Positions 7,914-15,714 of a DNA stretch of 28,971 nt are shown here, one piece after another. Below the pieces are notes generated by a model, which worked only from the letters and a program-made list of their open reading frames with translations, was not told the DNA's origin and searched no databases. Every line of letters begins with the position of its first letter. Position 1 is the first letter of the stretch. This DNA comes from Candidatus Latescibacterota bacterium (GTDB lineage: Bacteria; Latescibacterota; UBA2968; UBA8231): positions 1 to 28,971 of the forward strand of contig CBDBIJ010000044.1 in NCBI GenBank assembly GCA_965205655.1. Reading direction: 5' to 3'. Position numbers and translations under genes: made by a program.

Positions 7914-9053
7914 ATGAACGGCAGGAACGCCCTCACAGCTGAGATCCGCAGCGCGGCGAAGGCGATCGGCTTCGACCTTGTCGGCATCGCTCCGGCAGAT
8001 CCCCTCGAAGGTGCCGAATACTACGCACGATGGCTCGCCCTCGGCTACGCCGGTGAGATGGACTATCTCGTGCGCAATCGGGACAGGAGGACGGACCCGT
8101 CGCAGATCGTACCGGGCGCCAGAAGTGTCATTTGCGTCGGCCTGCACTACATCGGCGCCAATGGTCACAAAAATGCTCCGGCGGAGGACCCTCCTACAGG
8201 TCGCATCGCCGCCTACGCCAGGGGAGACGACTATCACGATGTGATGAAAGAAAAACTCGCCGCCTTGTGGAAAGGCATCTGCGAGATTGCCGGGCCCGCA
8301 GTACGAGGTCGCTACTCCGTCGACACCGCTCCCGTTCTCGAACGCGAGCTGGCTGCCAGAGCCGGCCTCGGATGGTGGGGCAAGAATACCTGTCTCATCG
8401 ACAGACGCGACGGTTCCTACTTCTTTCTGGGCCAGATCATCACCGATCTGGAGCTGGAGTACGACGAGCCCGCCGTCGATCATTGCGGCAGCTGTACCCG
8501 CTGCCTCGAGGCCTGCCCGACCGACGCCTTCCCCGAGCCCTACGTGCTGGATTCCCGCCGCTGCATTTCCTACCTCACCATCGAGCTCAAAGGCGCCATT
8601 CCCGTCGACCTGCGCCACGACATGGGCAGCTGGATCTTCGGCTGCGACATCTGCCAGGACGTCTGTCCCTGGAACAAACAGCCAACCCCGACACGCGAGC
8701 CAGCCCTCGAGCCACGCGACGGCTTGGACAACCCGTCGCTGACGCGGATCCTCGGCATGGATCGCGACGCCTTCAACGCTCAGTTCCGCCACAACCCCGT
8801 CAAACGCGCCAAACGCCGCGGACTCCTCCGCAACACCGCCGTCGCCCTCGGGAATTCCGGATCTCCCGCCGCCATCCCAGCCTTGATCGACGCGCTGAAT
8901 GACGATGAGCCCCTCATCCGCGGCCACGCCGCCTGGGCTTTGGGAAAACTCGGCGGGACCGAAGCCGAGACGGCCCTCAAAAACGCACTGGACTCAGAGG
9001 CCGACGCCGAAGTAATCGCCGAAATCGAACGCGCAATCGAGATGCTGAGCTGA
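7914..9053 (+). CDS. queG: tRNA epoxyqueuosine(34) reductase QueG with C-terminal HEAT-like repeats
   Basis: Motifs YARGDDYH, VDTAPVLER, AGLGWWGKNT, CGSCTRCLEACPT, RRCISYLTIE, FGCDICQDVCPWN, RNTAVALGN, IRGHAAWALG. Confidence 0.96.
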   Translation: MNGRNALTAEIRSAAKAIGFDLVGIAPADPLEGAEYYARWLALGYAGEMDYLVRNRDRRTDPSQIVPGARSVICVGLHYIGANGHKNAPAEDPPTGRIAAYARGDDYHDVMKEKLAALWKGICEIAGPAVRGRYSVDTAPVLERELAARAGLGWWGKNTCLIDRRDGSYFFLGQIITDLELEYDEPAVDHCGSCTRCLEACPTDAFPEPYVLDSRRCISYLTIELKGAIPVDLRHDMGSWIFGCDICQDVCPWNKQPTPTREPALEPRDGLDNPSLTRILGMDRDAFNAQFRHNPVKRAKRRGLLRNTAVALGNSGSPAAIPALIDALNDDEPLIRGHAAWALGKLGGTEAETALKNALDSEADAEVIAEIERAIEMLS

Positions 9054-9208
9054 GAGACGGCGCGACGCGCCTGGAGGCTTCCCCCGGTGGACGGCAAGAC
9101 CTCGCCCGACCTGCGCATCCAAAAAGGTGACACGATCCGAAGACACCTCCAATCGGTGCCCTCTTTTTCTTTTTTTTGTGGTGGTGGGGAAAAATGCGGA
9201 CCTGCAGT

Positions 9209-9384
9209 AGGGTGGACTGGCATGCCGTTCGAACGGATTGAGAGCTCGCAGTCTGGCCGTCAGGATGACGGCCTGCGGGCGAAAACCTCGGAGCGCGCCA
9301 GGGATGGCGCGTGAGCACAGGGATGTGGCCGAATCGGACGAGGCGATTCGGTTAATGAGTGAGAATGGCATGCCAGTCCGCCCT
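9209..9384 (+). ncRNA. Candidate structured RNA or MITE-like element with CsrA/RsmA-type GGA-loop hairpins
   Basis: 22-bp closing stem 9209-9230/9363-9384 whose two mismatches are G-U wobbles on the + strand. Internal hairpins: GGCCGTCA-GGA-TGACGGCC, GCGCGCCA-GGGA-TGGCGCGT, CACA-GGGA-TGTG and CCGAATCG-7nt-CGATTCGG. Confidence 0.55.
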
Positions 9385-9400
9385 CTCACGGGGCCCCACC

Positions 9401-10327
9401 CTATCTATCCATCAACGCCCTAACGAACGCCCCTCCATCAAACGCCTGCAGATCATCAATCTCTTCTCCGAAACCAACCAGCTTGATCGGAACCTCCAAT
9501 TCCTGACACAACGCCAACGCGATCCCCCCTTTTGCAGTACCATCCAGCTTCGTCAGCACCAACCCAGTCACCCCCGTTGCCTCGTGAAACTGCCGCGCCT
9601 GCGAGAGCGCATTCTGACCCGTCGTCGCGTCGAGCACGAGCAGCGTCTCGTGAGGTGCCCCGCCACCTTGCTTCCCGAGAGACCGTCGCACCTTCTTCAG
9701 CTCTTCCATCAGGTTGACCTTCGTGTGCAAGCGGCCGGCCGTGTCGACGATAAGAACATCCGCATCCCTTGACGTCGCAGCCGACACCGCATCGAAGGCC
9801 ACGGCCGCCGGATCGGCGCCGCTCTGGGAGCGCACGATATCGGCGCCGGCGCGCTCGGACCACACCTCCAGCTGGTCGAGTGCGGCGGCGCGAAACGTGT
9901 CGCATGCCGCCACCATCACCCGCTTGCCACACACCCCGTAGCGATGGGCCAGCTTTCCGACCGTCGTCGTCTTGCCGACACCGTTCACCCCGACGACGAG
10001 AATGACATGCGGCTTGTGGGCCAGCGGGGCCGCCGGATCGAAGGCCTCCCGATCCGATTCCACCAGAATCTGCAGCTCGGCTTCGAGGAGGGCGAACACA
10101 TCCTCGAGGCCGGCGCTGTCCGCCTGCTGAAGGCGCTCGCGCATCGCCTCCACGACCTGCATCGATGTATCGACACCGACGTCGGCCCGAATGAGTGCGA
10201 TCTCGATTTCTTCGAGAGCTTCTTCATCGACGACGGCGGAGCTCGAGACAGTCGCCAATCCCTCCATCATGGCCGCGCGGGTCCTGGCCAATCCGGAGCG
10301 GATCCTTTCGATGAAACCGACCGACAC
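9401..10327 (-). CDS. ftsY: Signal recognition particle-docking protein FtsY (NG domain, no long acidic region)
   Basis: Motifs GVNGVGKTTTVGKLA, DTFRAAA, DTAGRL, DATTGQN, TKLDGTAKGG. Confidence 0.97.
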   Translation of the reverse strand: MSVGFIERIRSGLARTRAAMMEGLATVSSSAVVDEEALEEIEIALIRADVGVDTSMQVVEAMRERLQQADSAGLEDVFALLEAELQILVESDREAFDPAAPLAHKPHVILVVGVNGVGKTTTVGKLAHRYGVCGKRVMVAACDTFRAAALDQLEVWSERAGADIVRSQSGADPAAVAFDAVSAATSRDADVLIVDTAGRLHTKVNLMEELKKVRRSLGKQGGGAPHETLLVLDATTGQNALSQARQFHEATGVTGLVLTKLDGTAKGGIALALCQELEVPIKLVGFGEEIDDLQAFDGGAFVRALMDR

Positions 10328-10333
10328 TATAAG

Positions 10334-10382
10334 ATTTGCTTCGCTAGGGGATTTGCTTCGCTAGGGGGAGTGCTTCGCTAGG
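10334..10382. repeat. Three tandem 17-bp units with core TGCTTCGCTAGG
   Basis: Core at 10337-10348, 10354-10365 and 10371-10382, an exact period of 17. The third unit contains the HD-GYP stop codon. Confidence 0.9.
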
Positions 10383-11451
10383 AACGCCCCTTGACCAGGA
10401 CGCGCTCTTCGATGGCGGGATCGACGATGTAGAGCATGGGCTCCTCCTCGAGATGTAAGTGACGCGGTTCCTCGAGGCGCTTGCCCTGCTGATCCATGAG
10501 GATATCTACGCTCGGTCTGGTCGGATGCGTCCGGCTCGTGCCCACGACGCGACCAATCTCGGAGTTGTTGAGCTTCACGAGGCTGCCCAGGGGGAAGATG
10601 GACACGATATTGATGAGAGCCTTGATCAGTCGCCGTTCGAACAGAGAGTTTCGCAGATTGATGATTTCTTTCAGGGCGTTGTAGATGACTCGGGCCTTGC
10701 GGTCGGCTCGCGGTTGCGCCATCGCCTCGTAGGTATCGACCAGGCCGATGACGCGGGCGAATTCGTGAATCTGTTCGCCGCGCAGCCCCTTTGGATAGCC
10801 AGTTGCGTCCTGCCGCTCATGGACCTGGACGACGATTTTCCCGATCCATTGAAACGCCTCGCCAAAAGACTGGACCATTTTCTGCGATTCCATCGGGTGG
10901 CGGTGCAGCAGCTCCACCTGTCTGCTGTTGAGGTGCTGCGATGCCAGCACCTTGTCGGGAATCGTCAGCATCCCGACGTCGTGCATAAGGCCGCATAGCC
11001 CCACAGCGGAACCGCGGCGCTCGTCATAGTCCAGCTCCATACCGACTCGCATCGCCAGAATGGCGACGTTGGTGCTGCGTTCGGCCAGGGAGTGTACCTC
11101 GCTGCGGCGCCGCACGGTCACAGACAGGAGGAAATCACCGGACCCGAGTTCGTTCAGAGCGGCTCGCACTGCGGCTACCGTCGAGGGGCCGTCCGGCGAA
11201 GAGTGTGCTTCTGCTGCGGCGAACACATCCTCCGCTGCCGCGACCAGATCGTCATACACGCCCTCGGCGCGACTGCGGTCGTCGACGACGGCTTTCTCCT
11301 CCGCGACCGGTCCAGCGGCGGCATCGACGACGGCCTCTTCGGTCGGCGTCGCTTCTTCGAAGAGAGGCTCGAGATCGGTGTGGGGGTCCTCCAACTCGGT
11401 GGCGATCTGTGCGGATCCGGTGTTGCGCGTCGGCTCTCGAGATGGAGCGCC
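10378..11451 (-). pseudogene. HD-GYP domain protein, 5'-truncated by IS30 copy A2
   Basis: Motifs LMHDVGM, HP, VHERQDATGYPKGL, ARVIGLVDTYEAM, FPLGSLVKLN. The frame stays open for 19 codons upstream of TTG 11394 to the IS end, with no SD, so the native start appears lost. Confidence 0.8.
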
Positions 11452-11736
11452 CGCGAGTTCAACCAGTCAACGCAACACCTTCGTCAACGCAACACCTTCA
11501 TTGAAGCGTTCTGCGGGTGAAACGAACCCCAACGTCTTCCGCGGGCGCTGGTTCAGTTGAAGAGCGACTCTGTTCAGGTCGGCTTGGGAGAATAGCGACA
11601 GATCGGTCTTCCTCGGGAAGTACTGTCGAAGAAGGCGATTCGTGTTCTCATTTGTGCCTCGTTGCCAGGGACTCTGAGGATCACAGAAATACACCTCGAC
11701 GTCAGTTGCGATCGAGAACTCCTTGTGCCGAGCTAG

Positions 11737-13242
11737 CAGCATGTGGTGAAAGTCGGTGATTTTCTTGCGGCGCGGATGAGGAGCCTCTCCTTACCTTTGA
11801 GCATCAACCTTGCAGGGGAGATGCTGTCATGGCGTTGGGAAAACGGAAGCGCGCGAGCCAAGCTCAGCTGTGGGTGGCGACGCAGCACCTGAGGGCTCCG
11901 GGACATCCTTTTTACAAGAGATTGAATGAGGTGCTGGACAAGCACGGATTCGACGAGTTTGTGGAAGAGCGGTGCACGACGTTTTACGCCGAGGGCGTCG
12001 GTCGGCCCGGCATCCCGCCCGGGGTCTATTTCCGCCTGCTCATGATCGGCTATTTCGAGGGCATCGACTCGGAGCGTGAGATCGCCTGGCGCGTCGCCGA
12101 TTCGCTGTCGTTGCGGGCATTCCTCGGCTACGAGCTCGACAAGGCTACGCCCGATCATTCGACGGTGTCTCGCACGCGCCGGCTGATCGACTTCCAGACG
12201 CATCATGAGGTCTTCGAGTGGGTGTTGAAGGTGCTGGCCACATCGAACCTGCTGAAGGGGAAGACGCTGGGCGTCGACGCCACGACGCTGGATGCCAACG
12301 CCGCCATGCGCAGCATCGTGCGCCGGGACACGGGCGAAAGTTACGAGGAGTTTCTCACGAAGTTGGCCAAGGCCTCGGGCATCGAGACGCCAACGCGAGA
12401 GGATCTGGCCAGAATCGACAAGAAGCGCCCGAAGAAAGCGTCCAATAAGGACTGGGAACACCCGCACGATCCGGATGCCCGCATTACCAAAACGAAGGAT
12501 CGTCGCACCCATCTGGCGCACAAGGTGGAGACGGCGGTGGACATGGACACCCAGGCGATCGTCGCCGTGAGTCTGCCGAGTGCCGATGAAGGCGACACCG
12601 AATCGCTGCCGTGGATGCTGGTGCGAACCGAATTGAACTTGGAGGCCGTGTCGCAGGATCCCGAGGCCAGGAAGCATCTGCATCCCAAACCGTTGTCGGA
12701 AGTCGTCACCGACAAGGGGTATCACAGCAACGAGGTGCTGGTCGATCTCAAAGCCAGTGCCATTCGCAGCTACATTTCCGAACCGGATCGCGGGCGTCGA
12801 GATTGGAAGGACAAAGCGGAAGCACAACAGGCGGTGTATGCCAATCGCCGACGCATTCGCGGCAACCGCGGGCAGGCGCTGCGGCGTAAGCGCGGCGAGC
12901 TGCTCGAACGCCCGTATGCTCATCTGTTCGAAACCGGCGGTATGCGACGGCTGTTTCTTCGGGGCCGACAAAACATCCTCAAACGCCTCGTCATTCACGT
13001 GTGCGGCTGCAATTTCGGCCTCCTCATGCGCACCCTCTTCGGTGCGGGCACTCCGAGGGGTATGAGGAAGGCGTTTTCCCTCATTTCGTCTCTCATCACT
13101 CAGGTTTTCGCGCCTTGGCGCGCTTTGTCGCCGCCCGTGGTTCAACTCTCGGGCACTGCTCGATTTTCGTCGCCATTGGCGGCAACTCGCACCACGAATC
13201 TCAGGCCACCCCAAATCTTCCCAAACGAGGCGCCACGGGCTG
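11737..13242 (+). mobile_element. IS5/IS1182-like insertion sequence (1506 bp) nested in IS30 copy A2
   Basis: 4-bp TSD CTAG at 11733-11736 and 13243-13246; the matching site in copy A1 has a single CTAG. Terminal IRs CAGCATGTGGTG and CAGCCCGTGGCG. Confidence 0.92.
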
Positions 13243-13268
13243 CTAGCTCCATTCCCGATCCCAGGTAA
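11829..13268 (+). CDS. DDE transposase (DUF772/InsH-like N-terminus; IS5/IS1182-like)
   Basis: Motifs GRPGIPPGVYFRLL, PDHSTVSRTR, GVDATTLDANA, VVTDKGY, LERPYAH. The reading frame runs 26 nt past the element's right end. Confidence 0.88.
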   Translation: MALGKRKRASQAQLWVATQHLRAPGHPFYKRLNEVLDKHGFDEFVEERCTTFYAEGVGRPGIPPGVYFRLLMIGYFEGIDSEREIAWRVADSLSLRAFLGYELDKATPDHSTVSRTRRLIDFQTHHEVFEWVLKVLATSNLLKGKTLGVDATTLDANAAMRSIVRRDTGESYEEFLTKLAKASGIETPTREDLARIDKKRPKKASNKDWEHPHDPDARITKTKDRRTHLAHKVETAVDMDTQAIVAVSLPSADEGDTESLPWMLVRTELNLEAVSQDPEARKHLHPKPLSEVVTDKGYHSNEVLVDLKASAIRSYISEPDRGRRDWKDKAEAQQAVYANRRRIRGNRGQALRRKRGELLERPYAHLFETGGMRRLFLRGRQNILKRLVIHVCGCNFGLLMRTLFGAGTPRGMRKAFSLISSLITQVFAPWRALSPPVVQLSGTARFSSPLAATRTTNLRPPQIFPNEAPRAASSIPDPR

Positions 13269-14207
13269 GGGACAACCGCACCGCGGAGGGGAGTCGTTTC
13301 ACCTGGCTGATCAGCGCTCTGACAACGGTCTCGGTGTCTTTGCCGTTGAGCTTCACGAGCATCGTGAACCGAGACTGCCGCTCCACCAACGTGGCGATGT
13401 GCGTGTTGTTCGACCCCGAGATCAAGTCTCCCTCCCAGTGGCCGGGAACGGCGCGGTCCTCGATCTCGGCAGGCCGCTCGCTGATGGATACGGCGTCGAC
13501 GATCCGGCCTCTCGGCTGATCGCGTGTGCTTGCCTTCTTGGATCGCCGCATCATCCTTCGCGTCCGCAGATGCGCAATGAGGTCCTTGTTGAGTGCCCCG
13601 CGTGCCTGGATGAAGAGAGTTCGATAGATCGTTTCGTGGGATATCTGCATATTTCCTAAAAGCGCATACTCCCGCTTCAGCCATCCCGATATCTGCTCAG
13701 GTGACCACTTCAGGCGTAGCTTGTCCGCCACGACTCGCCGCAAACGAAGATTGGATGCGAGTCGGCAGCATTTCGGCCGGCTGGCGCGCGTCCAGGCTGC
13801 TTGGTCAGCGACGTTTGCTCGGTACTTCTGCCGCCCGCCATTGCGGGCAATCTCTCGGCTAACCGTCGAGGGTGCACGCTCAACAGCGGCCGCAATTATT
13901 CGTATCGATTTTCCCGCAGCGATACCTCGAGAGATCTCTTCACGCTCTTCCCAGCCAAGAGCCCATCGAGAGCGTCGACGCGGCATTGGTACGATACCCC
14001 CATTGGCGGCGATGACACCATGAATCGACGCCGGATGCTTCCCGAGCGCCCGACCAATATCGCTATGCGACTGGCCGCTCTTCCATCGACGCCATACCTC
14101 CAACTTCTGTGACGCGGACAATCCTGGTCGTCCCATTTGAGCCATGTGCAACATCTCCTATGATTAGATTAGTGGGGAGAATGTTGCATTGACCGATTGA
14201 ATATACC

Positions 14208-14338
14208 GTTGCCAATTCCAGCCGTCACGACTTACACCCAGGCCCGGTGAGATGACAGGCGTATGGACCGTGCGATCCTTTGATTTCTCCCACACAATCC
14301 ACGGCGTACCGATATAGATCCCCTCATAGGGGGTCACC
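14208..14338 (-). pseudogene. Continuation of the beta-propeller glycoside hydrolase-like gene after IS256, cut again by IS30 A2
   Basis: Translates as VTPYEGIYIGTPWIVWEKSKDRTVHTPVISPGLGVSRDGWNWQ, continuing ...FQYYSMGVT from 15715. Confidence 0.85.
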
Positions 14339-15714
14339 GAGCTATAATCAGAAGGTGTGGAAATAGACAGACGGCGATCCTACCCTTCCTTTGTAATTAG
14401 CCATCACAAACGCCGGGGCTATCCCGGCAGGAAGAGGAGAATCGCCATGGCACAACCTAAGCCGAGCACGACGGAAATGTCCATGCCCACGTTCGAAACG
14501 CTGGAAGAGTGGACACGCTCGCAGATTCAGTCGCTGATGCAGTCGGTTCTGGATGAAGAAGTCACCCATGCGCTGGGACGGTCACGGTACGAGCGACAGG
14601 CACCGTTGGACGCAGCCGGCGGCTACCGCAATGGGTACGGGAAGCGGCGGCGACTGTCCTTGACCTCGGGCACGATCGAGGTGAAACGCCCTCGGGTGCG
14701 GGGTCTGGAAGAGCGATTTGAGAGTGCGGTACTGCCGCTGTTCGCCCGGCGCACCCAAGAAATAGGTCAGCTGCTGCCAGAGCTTTACCTGCACGGTTTG
14801 TCTCAGGGCGACTTCGAGCTGGCGCTGCGCGGCCTGCTGGGCAAGGGAGCGCCTTTGTCGGCGTCCTCGATCGCTCGTTTGCGTGAGAAGTGGATCGTCG
14901 AATACAACGCCTGGCGCAGCCGACGACTGGATGACCGCGAGCTCGTCTACGCCTGGGCGGACGGGATCTACGTCAAAGCCGGTCTCGAGAAGCAAAAAGC
15001 CGCTCTCCTGGTGGTCATCGGCGCGATGAGCGATGGGCGCAAAGAAGTCCTGACGATTGTCCCGGGCTATCGCGAATCGACAGAGTCGTGGGCGGGCGTA
15101 CTGCGCGATCTGCGTGACCGCGGACTGAGCGTGGCGAAGTTGTTGGTGGCGGATGGGCACCTGGGTATCTGGGCGGCCCTGGCAGAGGTCTGGCCGGAGA
15201 CGGCTGAACAGCGATGCTGGAATCACCGCATCCTGAACGTGCTGGATAAGCTGCCAAAACGCGTGCAGGTCGAAGGGCGGCACCTGCTGACACAGATCCC
15301 GTACGCGCCGACCCGTCAGGAAGCGACGAAACGTCGCGATCAATTCGCCAAACGGTTTCGCCGCGAGTGTCCAGACGCCGTCGATATCCTTGAGCGCGAT
15401 TGGGACCGTATGGTGACATTCTACGACTTTCCCGAGGCCCACTGGCAACACCTGCGCACCACCAACGTCGTCGAAAGTCCCTTCGCTTCGGTACGGTTGC
15501 GAACCAATGCGGCCAAACGATACAGGAAGGTGGCCAATGCCACCGCCCTCATTTGGCGGGTACTGATGGTGGCCGGGAAACGATTCCGGCGACTCAATGC
15601 ACCGCATCTCATGGCTGACGTCTACGCCGGGGAGTGCTACGAAAACGGATCACCCATCGCGCAAAGGAAGAAGATCGCCGCCTGAGTCGTTTACACACCA
15701 TTTGAGCCAAGCTC
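14339..15714 (+). mobile_element. IS256-family insertion sequence (complete, about 1376 bp)
   Basis: 25-bp imperfect IRs GAGCTATAATCAGAAGGTGTGGAAA and GAGCTTGGCTCAAATGGTGTGTAAA. Flanking repeats GGGTCACC (14331-14338) and GGGTCACG (15715-15722) match at 7 of 8 positions. Confidence 0.92.
14447..15685 (+). CDS. IS256-family (Mutator-like) transposase
   Basis: Motifs YRNGY, LYLHGLS, WADGIYVK, LVADG, QRCWNH, LRTTNVVES. GAGGAG SD before ATG 14447. Confidence 0.94.
   Translation: MAQPKPSTTEMSMPTFETLEEWTRSQIQSLMQSVLDEEVTHALGRSRYERQAPLDAAGGYRNGYGKRRRLSLTSGTIEVKRPRVRGLEERFESAVLPLFARRTQEIGQLLPELYLHGLSQGDFELALRGLLGKGAPLSASSIARLREKWIVEYNAWRSRRLDDRELVYAWADGIYVKAGLEKQKAALLVVIGAMSDGRKEVLTIVPGYRESTESWAGVLRDLRDRGLSVAKLLVADGHLGIWAALAEVWPETAEQRCWNHRILNVLDKLPKRVQVEGRHLLTQIPYAPTRQEATKRRDQFAKRFRRECPDAVDILERDWDRMVTFYDFPEAHWQHLRTTNVVESPFASVRLRTNAAKRYRKVANATALIWRVLMVAGKRFRRLNAPHLMADVYAGECYENGSPIAQRKKIAA

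Larger units (their letters stand above)
11467..14145 (-). pseudogene. IS30 transposase of copy A2, split (14145-13243 and 11736-11467) and frameshifted
   Basis: Same protein as 2924-4093. Broken at CTAG by the nested IS. Also has a 1-bp deletion near 13254 (CGAGGAATG to CGGGAATG). Confidence 0.93.
11452..14207 (-). mobile_element. IS30-family insertion sequence, copy A2 (inverted relative to A1, interrupted by a nested IS, no TSD)
   Basis: Near-identical to 2862-4108 in reverse orientation. Flanks GCC (11449-11451) and GTT (14208-14210) do not match. Confidence 0.95.

Noticed and set aside
9120..9178. Intrinsic terminator for queG (A-run, weak stem, long T-run)
   Set aside because: The T-tract is clear but the stem is irregular. 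Plausible, but not supported well enough to call.
9054..9400. SRP (4.5S) RNA next to ftsY
   Set aside because: The conserved helix-8 motif (CAGG...GNRA...AGCAG) was not found on either strand.
10334..10382. CRISPR array
   Set aside because: The units are adjacent 17-mers with no unique spacers, and there are no cas genes in the window.
11733..13214. Long antisense ORFs (493 aa here; also 7824-8927, 14582-15607, 17092-18279, 27556-28464)
   Set aside because: They shadow well-supported genes on the opposite strand, as expected in GC-rich DNA, and show no recognisable motifs.
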